Positions 47,555-56,970 of a stretch of 64,000 bases of DNA are shown here, piece by piece. Position numbers and translations under genes: made by a program. Position 1 is the stretch's first letter. The number at the start of each line of letters is the position of its first letter. The DNA is taken from positions 225,652 through 289,651 of IMG/VR virus record IMGVR_UViG_3300042558_003926. One strand, given 5' to 3'. The notes under the pieces are model-generated. The model ran no database searches. It saw only the letters and a list, made by a program, of their open reading frames with translations, and was not told the origin of the DNA.

Positions 47555-48298
47555 ATGAAGAATCTAAAGACCTATAAGATGTTTGAGAGTGTGGGTGAGC
47601 TTACACCGGAGCAGATCGAGTGGCTTGATGAGTGCACTGATGGTACCTGGACACTCAATCCACAAACAGGACTGGTTGATGTGAAGAGGGATTTCTATTG
47701 TACTGGAGAGAACCTGACAGATTTCAAAGGAGTTAGGTTTGGGGTGGTCGAAGGAGATTTCAATTGCCATAACAATCAGCTCACCACACTGGAGGGAGCA
47801 CCTCATGAGGTTGGTGGAAATTTCGATTGCGACAACAATCAGCTCACCACACTGGAGGGAGCACCGCGGAAGGTTGGAGATATTTTCGGTTGTAGAGGAA
47901 ACCAGCTCACCTCACTGGTGGGAGCACCTCATGAGGTTGGTAGTGATTTCTATTGCCATAACAATCAGCTCACCACACTGGAGGGAGCACCACAACGGGT
48001 TGGAAGGAATTTCAGATGTGACAACAACCAGCTCACTTCTCTAGTGGGAGCACCACAGGATGTTGAAGGGGATTTCTATTGTGGGGACAACCCAGTTTCT
48101 GAAGAGACACTCGATAACATATTCTACCGCATGACGGAAGGAGAGAGTTATATCAAGGCTGTAGAGTCTCTCTGGAGCAAGATTCCGTTAGAAGATCAGG
48201 TGCTGCTATACAGACCTGAGTTTGAGTGGGTAAGTCCAGAGGAGAGAAGAAAGCTGGAAGCGTTAAAGGCTTACCATGGATTTAAAGGTATGATATAA
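47555..48298 (+). CDS. CTS-leader variable LRR protein (5 full repeats)
   Basis: Start moved to MKNLKTY; GATATATAG at 47532; caps nearly identical to the left array. Confidence 0.9.
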   Translation: MKNLKTYKMFESVGELTPEQIEWLDECTDGTWTLNPQTGLVDVKRDFYCTGENLTDFKGVRFGVVEGDFNCHNNQLTTLEGAPHEVGGNFDCDNNQLTTLEGAPRKVGDIFGCRGNQLTSLVGAPHEVGSDFYCHNNQLTTLEGAPQRVGRNFRCDNNQLTSLVGAPQDVEGDFYCGDNPVSEETLDNIFYRMTEGESYIKAVESLWSKIPLEDQVLLYRPEFEWVSPEERRKLEALKAYHGFKGMI

Positions 48299-49045
48299 AT
48301 GAAGAATCTAAAGACCTATAAGATGTTTGAGAGTGTGGGTGAGCTTACACCGGAACAGATGAACTTTATGAACATGTGTGCACCGGAGGGAAATTGGCAA
48401 TTTAATCCAGAGACTGGAGAGGTTGACGTGGATGGAAATTTTGGCTGCTCTCGTATGGATCTGCCAGATTTTAAAGGGATACGATTCGGTGAGGTCACAG
48501 GAGATTTCCTATGCAGAACGAATAGACTCACTTCGTTAGAAGGAGCACCCCGTGAAGTTGGTGGTGAATTTGATTGCAGGGATAATCAGATCACTTCACT
48601 AGAGGGAGCACCACAGAAAGTGGGCACCGATTTTGACTGCGGAAGAAATCAGCTCACTTCACTGGTAGGAGCACCACAGGAGATAGCTGGAACTTTCGGC
48701 TGCGAGGAGAACAATCTAGAAAACCTAATTGGAGCACCTAGAAGAGTTGGTGAAGACTTCTGGTGCAGACGAAATCAACTCACCTCACTGGAGGGTGTTC
48801 CAGAGAGAATTGGAGACACACTCTATTCTGGTAAGAATCCAGTTTCTGAGGACGCATTCTTAAGCATCTATGATATGATGAACAAAGGCGAATCTTACAT
48901 AGGAGCTGTTGAAGCTGTTTGGCCGGAACTTGGTGGCGAAGACAAGATGCTCCTATATCGTCCCGAATTCTCTTGGGTTAGTGGAGATGAGCTTAAAGGA
49001 ATCAAGGCAATGCTTGCCTACAAGGGGATTAAATTTATGCTGTGA
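48299..49045 (+). CDS. CTS-leader variable LRR protein (5 repeats, more diverged)
   Basis: TAA-ATG junction; ends YKGIKFML. Confidence 0.9.
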   Translation: MKNLKTYKMFESVGELTPEQMNFMNMCAPEGNWQFNPETGEVDVDGNFGCSRMDLPDFKGIRFGEVTGDFLCRTNRLTSLEGAPREVGGEFDCRDNQITSLEGAPQKVGTDFDCGRNQLTSLVGAPQEIAGTFGCEENNLENLIGAPRRVGEDFWCRRNQLTSLEGVPERIGDTLYSGKNPVSEDAFLSIYDMMNKGESYIGAVEAVWPELGGEDKMLLYRPEFSWVSGDELKGIKAMLAYKGIKFML

Positions 49046-49073
49046 TCCCAGTCAAAACAAATAATTTCAGAGA

Positions 49074-49787
49074 ATGAAAAAAATATCCGAGTTAATTACC
49101 ATAGTTATTCCGTGCAAAAACGAGGAGAAGTACATAGGCAAAACTCTAAGCAGCATCTCGGGCCAATTAGGGGTTGATGGGATTAGAGTAATTGTAGCAG
49201 ATGCCAATTCAACGGACCGAACTAGAGAGATCATAGGGGAATGTCAGAAGAAGCTAAACAAGCTTAACATAGAAATCATAGAGGGAGGTCCGGTTTCTGT
49301 TGGTAGAAATAGAGGAGCATCTCTGGTAGAAACCCCGTATGTACTATTCATAGATGCTGATACCGAATTGATAGAGCACGACATTATTAGCCAAGCTGCT
49401 TTCTTTACAGCCAGCTACCATCTCATAACATGCAAAACAGTAAGCTCCTCAACATCCATAAAATCTAAGGTGATTTTTCGAGCATTCAATTTTATGAGAG
49501 CCTGTCTAATGGTTAAGCCTTTCTGCACAGGCGTGTTCTTTTTGACCAGCATGGACAGATTTGTTCACCTGGGAGGATTTGATGAAACAGTAACAAATAG
49601 CGAGGATTACTTGCTAAGCAAAAAATATAGGGGATTTGAATTCCTAATCATGAACAGAAGAGTCACTCAGGATGACCGCAGATTTAAAAATATGGGATAT
49701 TTCAAATTTCTAAAAATGCTCTGTCTCAACTATCTGAATAGAAACGATCTGAACCATTTTCGTAAAAACATAAACTATTGGCAATGA
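49074..49787 (+). CDS. glycosyltransferase family 2
   Basis: IVIPCKNEEKYI, VADANSTDRT, RNRGA, LFIDAD, EDY. Confidence 0.9.
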   Translation: MKKISELITIVIPCKNEEKYIGKTLSSISGQLGVDGIRVIVADANSTDRTREIIGECQKKLNKLNIEIIEGGPVSVGRNRGASLVETPYVLFIDADTELIEHDIISQAAFFTASYHLITCKTVSSSTSIKSKVIFRAFNFMRACLMVKPFCTGVFFLTSMDRFVHLGGFDETVTNSEDYLLSKKYRGFEFLIMNRRVTQDDRRFKNMGYFKFLKMLCLNYLNRNDLNHFRKNINYWQ

Positions 49788-50476
49788 AAAAAGTAGAAGC
49801 TTTATTTATATCGGATGTTCACCTTGGATCAAAGGGCAGCAATTCCGAAAAGTTATTATCCATATTAAAAGAACACGATCCGGAATATCTCTTTATTGTT
49901 GGTGATTTTATCGATGGCTGGTTGCTGAAGAAGAGACATTACTGGACACAAGACTTCACCAACGTTATTCGTAAAATATTGTCATATAGTAAAAATGGAA
50001 CCAAAGTGGTTTATGTGACAGGAAATCATGACGAATTTCTACGAAGTTATACCCCGCTAACATTCTCTGAGAACATTCAGATAGTCGACGAATACACCTG
50101 GAACAACTACTACATAGTTCACGGAGATCAATTTGACGGAATTGTGAAGATGAAATGGCTGGGCATGCTAGGATCTTGGGGTTATGAGTTTGCAATTTGG
50201 ATAGATCGGATTCTGAAAAAATTCGGTAACAAAAAATCTCTAAGCAAATTTCTTAAGAAGAACGTTAAGGATGCCATCAAATTCATTACCAATTTCGAAA
50301 AACAAGCAGCTTATCAGGCAAGGATAAGAGGATGCGAGGGTGTAATATGTGGACACATCCACACACCATGCGATTCTAAAATAGGTGATATTCGATATTT
50401 GAACTGTGGAGATTGGATAGAGAACAACAGCTATATTGTGTTCAAGAATGGTAAATTCGCCATTAAATTCTATTGA
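49784..50476 (+). CDS. PlcP/LpxH-like metallophosphoesterase
   Basis: FISDVHLG, VGDFIDGW, GNHDEFLR, HGD, CGHIH, NCGDWIE; start moved to ATG. Confidence 0.8.
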   Translation: MKKVEALFISDVHLGSKGSNSEKLLSILKEHDPEYLFIVGDFIDGWLLKKRHYWTQDFTNVIRKILSYSKNGTKVVYVTGNHDEFLRSYTPLTFSENIQIVDEYTWNNYYIVHGDQFDGIVKMKWLGMLGSWGYEFAIWIDRILKKFGNKKSLSKFLKKNVKDAIKFITNFEKQAAYQARIRGCEGVICGHIHTPCDSKIGDIRYLNCGDWIENNSYIVFKNGKFAIKFY

Positions 50477-50506
50477 TGTCAGCAATATATAGAATATCGA
50501 ATAAAT

Positions 50507-51142
50507 ATGAAGAATCTAAAAACATATCAGCAACTTTTCGAATCCGCCAAGGATGATCTAGGATACGGACTCGATGACGTAAGAAAACTTACACTATACA
50601 AGGCTTTACTTGCTTTGGGGTGGGAAGACATCTCTACCGATAGAGGCGAGAATGATCTGACTATTAAGCTTAAACACCCAAAACATGGGGATTATAAGTA
50701 TCTGACGGTTCAGGCTAACGGCCAAGTCAGAACATACTACAGGGGAAACTACTACCCGTGGATCACTTATAAAATGAGACCAAAGGTCAAGAGAGAGTAT
50801 GGAGATCGTTATAAAAATGCTGCAGACTGGAACGATTCCCTTCTTTACCTTTTAAACTGGACTTACAAGACAATGGGAATGGGCCTTAATCTTAAAGGAG
50901 TAGGGAAAAAGATTGGCGGTTGGAAAAGTGGTTCCGAGTATTCTATTCCCGACGATATTCTGATCGATCTTCTGGAGCATATGTTCAGAGAGGGAGACCC
51001 TGAGATATTTCTTTCTGTTTACTCCAACTCTGACGATGACGTAAGAGAGAAATTAGTCAAAAGACTGAATATTGACGACGACAGGATAAATAAGATCATG
51101 AATGCCAAGATCAATGTCGGGTCAGCTATGAAATTTACATAA
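50507..51142 (+). CDS. CTS-leader protein
   Basis: MKNLKTYQQLFES; AATATATAG upstream. Confidence 0.8.
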   Translation: MKNLKTYQQLFESAKDDLGYGLDDVRKLTLYKALLALGWEDISTDRGENDLTIKLKHPKHGDYKYLTVQANGQVRTYYRGNYYPWITYKMRPKVKREYGDRYKNAADWNDSLLYLLNWTYKTMGMGLNLKGVGKKIGGWKSGSEYSIPDDILIDLLEHMFREGDPEIFLSVYSNSDDDVREKLVKRLNIDDDRINKIMNAKINVGSAMKFT

Positions 51143-51144
51143 AT

Positions 51145-51765
51145 ATGAAACACCTTAATAACTGGAAACTATTCGAATCTGAAGAGGAACAAGGGCAAGG
51201 ACAAGAACCGGAAATCGGATCTAAAAATAGGTACCAAGGATTCTGTCTAACCGCTTCCTGGTCATATGATCGTAGTGACGCAGCCACTCTAATGGTTGCA
51301 GCTAGCTGTCTAACTCTTCAGGAATTCTTTAATCATGTTTGGACAGAATTTAGCGGAGACGAGGACGAGTACGAGGACTTATCCGATATTCAGGATATTA
51401 GCGATTTAATAGATCATATTGCTGATTCCATGGAGATTTATCCGGATTGGGAATTATGGTGTGGTTTGGAGCCTAAACGACAGGAAAGCGATATGGATTC
51501 TTCATCTTTAGCCAATCCAATAATATCAGCCAACATACTAAATTCAATGTTCAGTAATGTTCAGGAAATCATGGGCAGCAATAGCAAGAGCACCAAAGAC
51601 GACGAGAATATGGCTATAGCTAGATCCATAGAGAACTCACCAGAGCTTATATCAATGTACATTAACTACCCTAAATTTGATGAGATTAAAAAATTCATCA
51701 ATTTGGATAATAAAAAAATAGATCTGCTCATCAACTACTATCAGAATATAAAGGGAATGATCTAA
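51145..51765 (+). CDS. acidic CTS-leader protein ending KGMI
   Basis: MKHLNNWKLFES; C-terminus YYQNIKGMI resembles the LRR proteins. Confidence 0.8.
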   Translation: MKHLNNWKLFESEEEQGQGQEPEIGSKNRYQGFCLTASWSYDRSDAATLMVAASCLTLQEFFNHVWTEFSGDEDEYEDLSDIQDISDLIDHIADSMEIYPDWELWCGLEPKRQESDMDSSSLANPIISANILNSMFSNVQEIMGSNSKSTKDDENMAIARSIENSPELISMYINYPKFDEIKKFINLDNKKIDLLINYYQNIKGMI

Positions 51766-52277
51766 TGAAGCATCTAAAGCCATACGACGTATTTTCTGAT
51801 TTATCCCACATAGACGAGGCTATATCATGGTCTGATGTTAAATCAGCATATAAAAGAGCTAAACATGTGGCTATGAATGTTATTAGAGCTTTTAAACACG
51901 AGGGCAAAGAAACTGCTGATATGATGAGGGTTTTTAATTATCAGCTAAGAAAGAAATTAAATCTAGAAACTAGAAGAGATGCTCCGAGTCCAGAAGAAAT
52001 TACTAGCGCTCTCGAACAGCTAAAGGATATTCCAAAACTTGCTCCTTATGCGGTTATTCTACTTACATCCCCAATTCCATTTTCATCTACCATGTACACT
52101 GGAGCTGCTATCTACCTCAAGAAAGTGACCAGGGGATATCTTAACTTACTACCTGATTCGTTCTCTGATGTGTTTAAAGGAATAGAAGACAGCGAGGTTG
52201 AGATAGAAAGGGATAGAAAGGAAATTGAATTCAAAGAGGATCCGCAAGATCCAGCAAAGTGGATAGATGTTAAATAG
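51765..52277 (+). CDS. CTS-leader protein
   Basis: MKHLKPYDVF...IDEA. Confidence 0.75.
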   Translation: MKHLKPYDVFSDLSHIDEAISWSDVKSAYKRAKHVAMNVIRAFKHEGKETADMMRVFNYQLRKKLNLETRRDAPSPEEITSALEQLKDIPKLAPYAVILLTSPIPFSSTMYTGAAIYLKKVTRGYLNLLPDSFSDVFKGIEDSEVEIERDRKEIEFKEDPQDPAKWIDVK

Positions 52278-52279
52278 TT

Positions 52280-52591
52280 CTATCTGAACTTACCTGGATA
52301 AATCATTCTCCATTCGTGCCCAGCAGGTACATCACTTACTTTAACGCCAAAGATCTTTTTTTCCGGACATGGAGATTTTCCATCTATTAGAAATCCGTTA
52401 TTACAAGCCCATGTTTCAATATTTCTTGTATAGTGCTGACCGGGGGAATATGGAAAATTTACACCAGAGTTATTTTCTATGGAAGTTATTCTCCCTCCCA
52501 GAACGATAAGATTGATCTTTCTTCCAGATCTTGATGTCAGCTCAATCTCCCTTTCCTGGGAGAAGTTCTCGTATAATTCTATGTTTTCCAT
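52280..52591 (-). CDS. CTS-leader protein
   Basis: MENIELYENF; GATATATAG at 52598-52606. Confidence 0.75.
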   Translation of the reverse strand: MENIELYENFSQEREIELTSRSGRKINLIVLGGRITSIENNSGVNFPYSPGQHYTRNIETWACNNGFLIDGKSPCPEKKIFGVKVSDVPAGHEWRMIYPGKFR

Positions 52592-52631
52592 GATACTCTA
52601 TATATCCAAAATTTTAGATATATAAGGGAGA

Positions 52632-53528
52632 ATGAAAAACCTGGTCACATATAGGGTATTTGAAAACGAAGCAGAGCCGATCCGGAAGGTGTTTAATAGG
52701 GAACAGCTTTCTTGGTTAGATAAGTGTACGGAGGGATCTTGGAAGTATAATCCGGCAACGGGAAAAATAGACGTTAATGGATCTTTCGATTGTTCTAATC
52801 AAGGATTAACTGATTTTAAAGGTATCGAATTTGGAGACGTTAAGGAACAATTCAGATGCAATGGAAATAAACTGACCTCCTTAGATGGTTCTCCGGAAAG
52901 AGTAAAAGACTTCGTTTGCAGTAAAAACTTATTAAAGAATCTTATAGGTGGACCAAAAGAGGTTAATACCTATCACGCGGGTGGAAATGAATTAGTTAGT
53001 ATGGAAGGATCTCCCGCTAGAGTAAACGGTCCTATGTCGGTAAGAGACAACCTGCTGGAATCTTTAGTCGGTTCACCCGAATATATCGGAGGAGATTTTA
53101 GTTGTCCTGATAACAGACTAGAGACAATGGTGGGTGCACCTAGAAAAATAGAAGGGGATTTTAACTGTGCTGATAACTATCTAAAAGATTTAACTGGAAT
53201 CCCAAATGAAATTGGAGGGAGCATTAGCCTATACGGTAACAATATATCATCTCTCAAGGGAATAGATGATCTGGTATCACTTGGATACTTAAGGTACCAT
53301 TCATCGTGGTTTTCAGAAAATCCGTTGTCCAAAGATACCGCTGTTCTCATAGTGGATGAGATGAGCGAGAAAGATCTTGAATATGGTGAAGTTTTAAGAA
53401 AAGTATGGGAAGATATACCCGATGAGGACAAGGTTCTTCTTTATAAAGATCTACCCGGATTAACCGACGAAGAAGCTAAAGCTTATAGAGCTCTAGCAGG
53501 ATTTCTTGGTATGAGACACCTACTATGA
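52632..53528 (+). CDS. divergent CTS-leader LRR protein (about 7 repeats)
   Basis: MKNLVTYRVFEN; same N-cap and 20-21-aa units; GATATATAA at 52617. Confidence 0.85.
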   Translation: MKNLVTYRVFENEAEPIRKVFNREQLSWLDKCTEGSWKYNPATGKIDVNGSFDCSNQGLTDFKGIEFGDVKEQFRCNGNKLTSLDGSPERVKDFVCSKNLLKNLIGGPKEVNTYHAGGNELVSMEGSPARVNGPMSVRDNLLESLVGSPEYIGGDFSCPDNRLETMVGAPRKIEGDFNCADNYLKDLTGIPNEIGGSISLYGNNISSLKGIDDLVSLGYLRYHSSWFSENPLSKDTAVLIVDEMSEKDLEYGEVLRKVWEDIPDEDKVLLYKDLPGLTDEEAKAYRALAGFLGMRHLL

Positions 53529-53652
53529 TTCGCAATTAATCCTATGAGCAAGAATCCATCTTGCTATCTTGAAATCTTTAGCCCTATTTATAATAAGACC
53601 GTGTTGATAACATATCTCTTTAAGCAGAGGCATCATTATCGAAATTTTCTGT

Positions 53653-54111
53653 TTACCTAATTCCATTTTTCTTTCTAATTTTCTCTAATGTGCTATCCAG
53701 AGAATGGTTGATCCTAGACAGGACCTCATTCTTGAAAGCGTTTCTTCTAATTGCCATCTCCCTAATGAACTTCTCCGACATATAATGTTCTAGAGCCATG
53801 CTAATGTGAACATCATACCCAAAAACGGAATTGATGATCTTAACATTTCTGCTCTCTAGAAAGATGAATATCTTTTTATCAGGCGATGATATGTAGCACT
53901 CCTGAGTAGTAATATCATAATATAATTTACTCTCTCTATCGTGAAGTATCTCTAAAAATATCTGCAGTGCGGTATCCTCTGATTTAGATAGCTTCTGTGG
54001 TCTTTTTAACTTCCTATTATTTGAGCCAGATCTTACTATTCTTCCCCATCTTGTAAAGATAATTCTTCTGAGTCTTCTTAATCCAGATCTGAATTTCTCG
54101 CTCCAAGCCAT
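53653..54111 (-). CDS. basic hypothetical protein
   Basis: ORF downstream of sigma gene. Confidence 0.7.
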   Translation of the reverse strand: MAWSEKFRSGLRRLRRIIFTRWGRIVRSGSNNRKLKRPQKLSKSEDTALQIFLEILHDRESKLYYDITTQECYISSPDKKIFIFLESRNVKIINSVFGYDVHISMALEHYMSEKFIREMAIRRNAFKNEVLSRINHSLDSTLEKIRKKNGIR

Positions 54112-54136
54112 TGTTTATGTTTTAAAAGTTAACAAA

Positions 54137-55039
54137 TTACATCACATCGTAAATACGAATTCCAACCCTTCTAGCATAAGCCCACATTTTTCTAAGAGAC
54201 TTATTGTATTTCTGTCTAATGCTCTCCGGAGTTCTTTCTAATCGGATAGCGATTTCTCCGAAGCTTTCCTCAAAACAGTAGATATTGTCATCTGAGATGC
54301 CGTGTTTTTTAAATACTATATCTCTTTCTGTCTCGGTTAGAGCTTTAGATAGGATTTTGATGATCTTCTTAAAATCCCCTCCTTTTAATCCTTCATCACT
54401 GTGGTCTACCCCCGAATCAAGAATATCTATTAAGGATCCAGAGTCTGAGTCTGACGTGAGAGGATTTGTCAGGGATGCTAATTTATGATCGGCCTGAGTT
54501 GATAGTAATAGGGATTCTTTCTTGGTACTTGCGTATTTTTCATTCTTGGAAACTAGTTCTTCGAAAGACTCGTCAAAAGTAGCTTCCCTACCCTCTCTCA
54601 TAGAAATCTCATTGCCGGTTTTCATCATATCCCGGAGTATAGCACCTTGGTTAATAGGAACTCTGATAGTTCTAGAATTATCGTTTAGATAATTAATCAT
54701 TTCTTTTCTAATGTACCATACGGCAAACGATATAAATTTGAATCCTCTCGTTGGATCAAATTTTTCCGCGGCCTCTATTAGTCCCATGTTTCCAGCTGCA
54801 ACAACGTCAGCGAAATCTTCAGGGTTGCTAGCGTACATCTTAGCAACAGAGACCACGAATCTAAGATTGGCCGTAACTAGCTCGTTTCTGGCGTCTTCAT
54901 CGCCACTAGCTGCTAGTCTAGCCAACTCAACTTCTCTTTCAGGAGAGATGAGCTTTGTTTTCTCCAGATCCCCCAAATAAGACCCAGCTGCCTTAGTCAT
55001 TCTGGGAGTTAACTTGTCGGAGATTTTAAACTGTCTCAT
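54137..55039 (-). CDS. sigma-70 family RNA polymerase sigma factor lacking region 1.1
   Basis: YLGDLEKTKLISPEREVELA, NLRFVVSVAKMY, GLIEAAEKFDPTRGFKFISFAVWYIR, region 4 ESIRQ; TAACTTTG upstream. Confidence 0.9.
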   Translation of the reverse strand: MRQFKISDKLTPRMTKAAGSYLGDLEKTKLISPEREVELARLAASGDEDARNELVTANLRFVVSVAKMYASNPEDFADVVAAGNMGLIEAAEKFDPTRGFKFISFAVWYIRKEMINYLNDNSRTIRVPINQGAILRDMMKTGNEISMREGREATFDESFEELVSKNEKYASTKKESLLLSTQADHKLASLTNPLTSDSDSGSLIDILDSGVDHSDEGLKGGDFKKIIKILSKALTETERDIVFKKHGISDDNIYCFEESFGEIAIRLERTPESIRQKYNKSLRKMWAYARRVGIRIYDVM

Positions 55040-55258
55040 GGTCTTTTATTTTTTTTACTCGATGTTAATAACTTCACAAAGTTATGCCATCTAAACGGAA
55101 CAAAAAAATTTTATATAAAAAAATTGTATTGAACCTCATATTATATATTTATTTTTTAATAATTTATGCGGATGTGTGTATCGATATATAGAAGGAAGCA
55201 TTAGAGTGACGAAAAGGAATCATTTTAAGCTCGTATAGGAACTTAAGATCATTAAACA

Positions 55259-55843
55259 ATGAAACACATCAGAACATTCGAATCGCTCTCCTACGGCAAA
55301 GAAAAAGGCCAAATAAGTGAGGGCTTGGGATATCATCTAGATAGGAATTTACCGCTAATGGAAAGTGTCTATCGTATAGAGTCAGAAGCTTGGCTGGATC
55401 TAGTAAACGAAGCTAGGATTCTATGGGAAAGAGGAGACATAGAACTGGAGGAGGATGATTTATTTCTGATAGGAACAGATGCAGGAAGAACCGGCATCTA
55501 TGAGGGAGAGGAAGTATTATTAGATGTTCCTTTTTATCTATGGGATGATATCGACGAAGCAGAGTACAGAGGTAGAAAGGTTGATCTAAATAAACCATTT
55601 AGAACTCCAGGAGGTCCTAGAAAATTTGCAGTTTACACCAAGAATGAATCAGGAAACATTGTAAAGGTTGGGTTTGGCCAGCCAGGAATGAGAGTAAATA
55701 ATGACGATCCAGCTAAAGCAAGATCATTCAGAAAGAGAATGAGATGTGATAATCCCGGACCTAGATGGAAAGCTAAATGGTGGTCTTGTAATGTTGCGAG
55801 ATATAGAAAACTATTAGGTATTAAATCTAGCAGACCGTGGTAA
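55259..55843 (+). CDS. CTS-leader protein with DUF6321-like C-terminal domain
   Basis: MKHIRTFES; KKFAVY...KVGFG...RSFRKRMRC...WWSC. Confidence 0.75.
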   Translation: MKHIRTFESLSYGKEKGQISEGLGYHLDRNLPLMESVYRIESEAWLDLVNEARILWERGDIELEEDDLFLIGTDAGRTGIYEGEEVLLDVPFYLWDDIDEAEYRGRKVDLNKPFRTPGGPRKFAVYTKNESGNIVKVGFGQPGMRVNNDDPAKARSFRKRMRCDNPGPRWKAKWWSCNVARYRKLLGIKSSRPW

Positions 55844-56121
55844 AGAATGCAGCATACAATGAAACGGTAATTTCTACCGGTCAGATTGAAAAGGTTATAA
55901 GAAAATTTTCACAGGACACTGATTCGGAAGAATTTAAGTGGCATTGGGACGAGGAAGATAGAATAATACACAGGGTCCATGAAACGGACTGGCTAATACA
56001 GTTGGATAACAAGTTACCTCAGAAAATAGAGAACAGGATCAAAATATCTAAGGGTGAATGGCACAGATTAATAAAAGGATCTGGTGATCTAGAGCTAGTA
56101 GTAGAAAAGATATATAAATAA
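55837..56121 (+). CDS. cupin-like small phage protein
   Basis: KWHWDEEDRII...WLIQLDNKLP...EWHRLIKG. Confidence 0.6.
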   Translation: MVKNAAYNETVISTGQIEKVIRKFSQDTDSEEFKWHWDEEDRIIHRVHETDWLIQLDNKLPQKIENRIKISKGEWHRLIKGSGDLELVVEKIYK

Positions 56122-56133
56122 AAAAATCAAAAA

Positions 56134-56343
56134 ATGGAAAACCTTAAAGAGTATAACGATTTTCTTTTTGAAAAAAGAGGGGTAAGCCCAGTTATTTACA
56201 ATGATTTAGAATTCTTCTTTAGCAGCGTGAAATATCCTGCTTACGAGGAGGCTAAAAAATTCATAGCTAAATCTCATGATGGTTGGGATCTTTCTAAAGA
56301 GGATTATGAAGAGGCTAAGAAAATGTTCAGAAAAGGAAATTAA
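56134..56343 (+). CDS. CTS-leader small protein
   Basis: MENLKEYNDFLFE; GATATATAAA upstream. Confidence 0.75.
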   Translation: MENLKEYNDFLFEKRGVSPVIYNDLEFFFSSVKYPAYEEAKKFIAKSHDGWDLSKEDYEEAKKMFRKGN

Positions 56344-56927
56344 TGAAACACGTTAGACTGTACGAGAATTTCGACCTGGATGCTTTTATGAAAGATCCTG
56401 AGTCTTATTTTCATGATGACAGCTCACCCGAGATAGTAGAGGGGGACTACGTTAACTCATATAGAGGGGTTGGTCAGGTTTTATCTATAGATAATGATTT
56501 TATTAGGGTACAGCTTATAGATGGACCAAAATCAATAGTTAAAGTTCCAAGAGAATTGGTAACCAAGATAGCAAAAGCCGATGCTATGCAAATAGCACAA
56601 TTACTAACAAACACAAGAAAAGATCTGGAGGAGATATCTTCGGATCTACAGGATTATCTAGATACAATGATTTCTACGGATGATGATGAAACCAAAGAGA
56701 TTATATCAGGGGATATAGAATCATCAGTAAACTACTTAGAAAGCATTTTAATAGATGTGATAGGATTACAGAAGAAAGACTCATATGCAACTTCATATCC
56801 TCAATATTCTCATCTGGTATCTATAATTGCTACTTTTGCTCATCTTATTCTGGAAACCACCGAAGATGACGAAATTCAAAAAAGGGTGGATACCATACTA
56901 GATAAGTTTTACGAAATTTCAAATTGA
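56343..56927 (+). CDS. acidic CTS-leader protein
   Basis: MKHVRLYENF. Confidence 0.75.
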   Translation: MKHVRLYENFDLDAFMKDPESYFHDDSSPEIVEGDYVNSYRGVGQVLSIDNDFIRVQLIDGPKSIVKVPRELVTKIAKADAMQIAQLLTNTRKDLEEISSDLQDYLDTMISTDDDETKEIISGDIESSVNYLESILIDVIGLQKKDSYATSYPQYSHLVSIIATFAHLILETTEDDEIQKRVDTILDKFYEISN

Positions 56928-56970
56928 TTGGAATAAATCACCAAAGTCATACTAAAACAAATAAAAAGTT

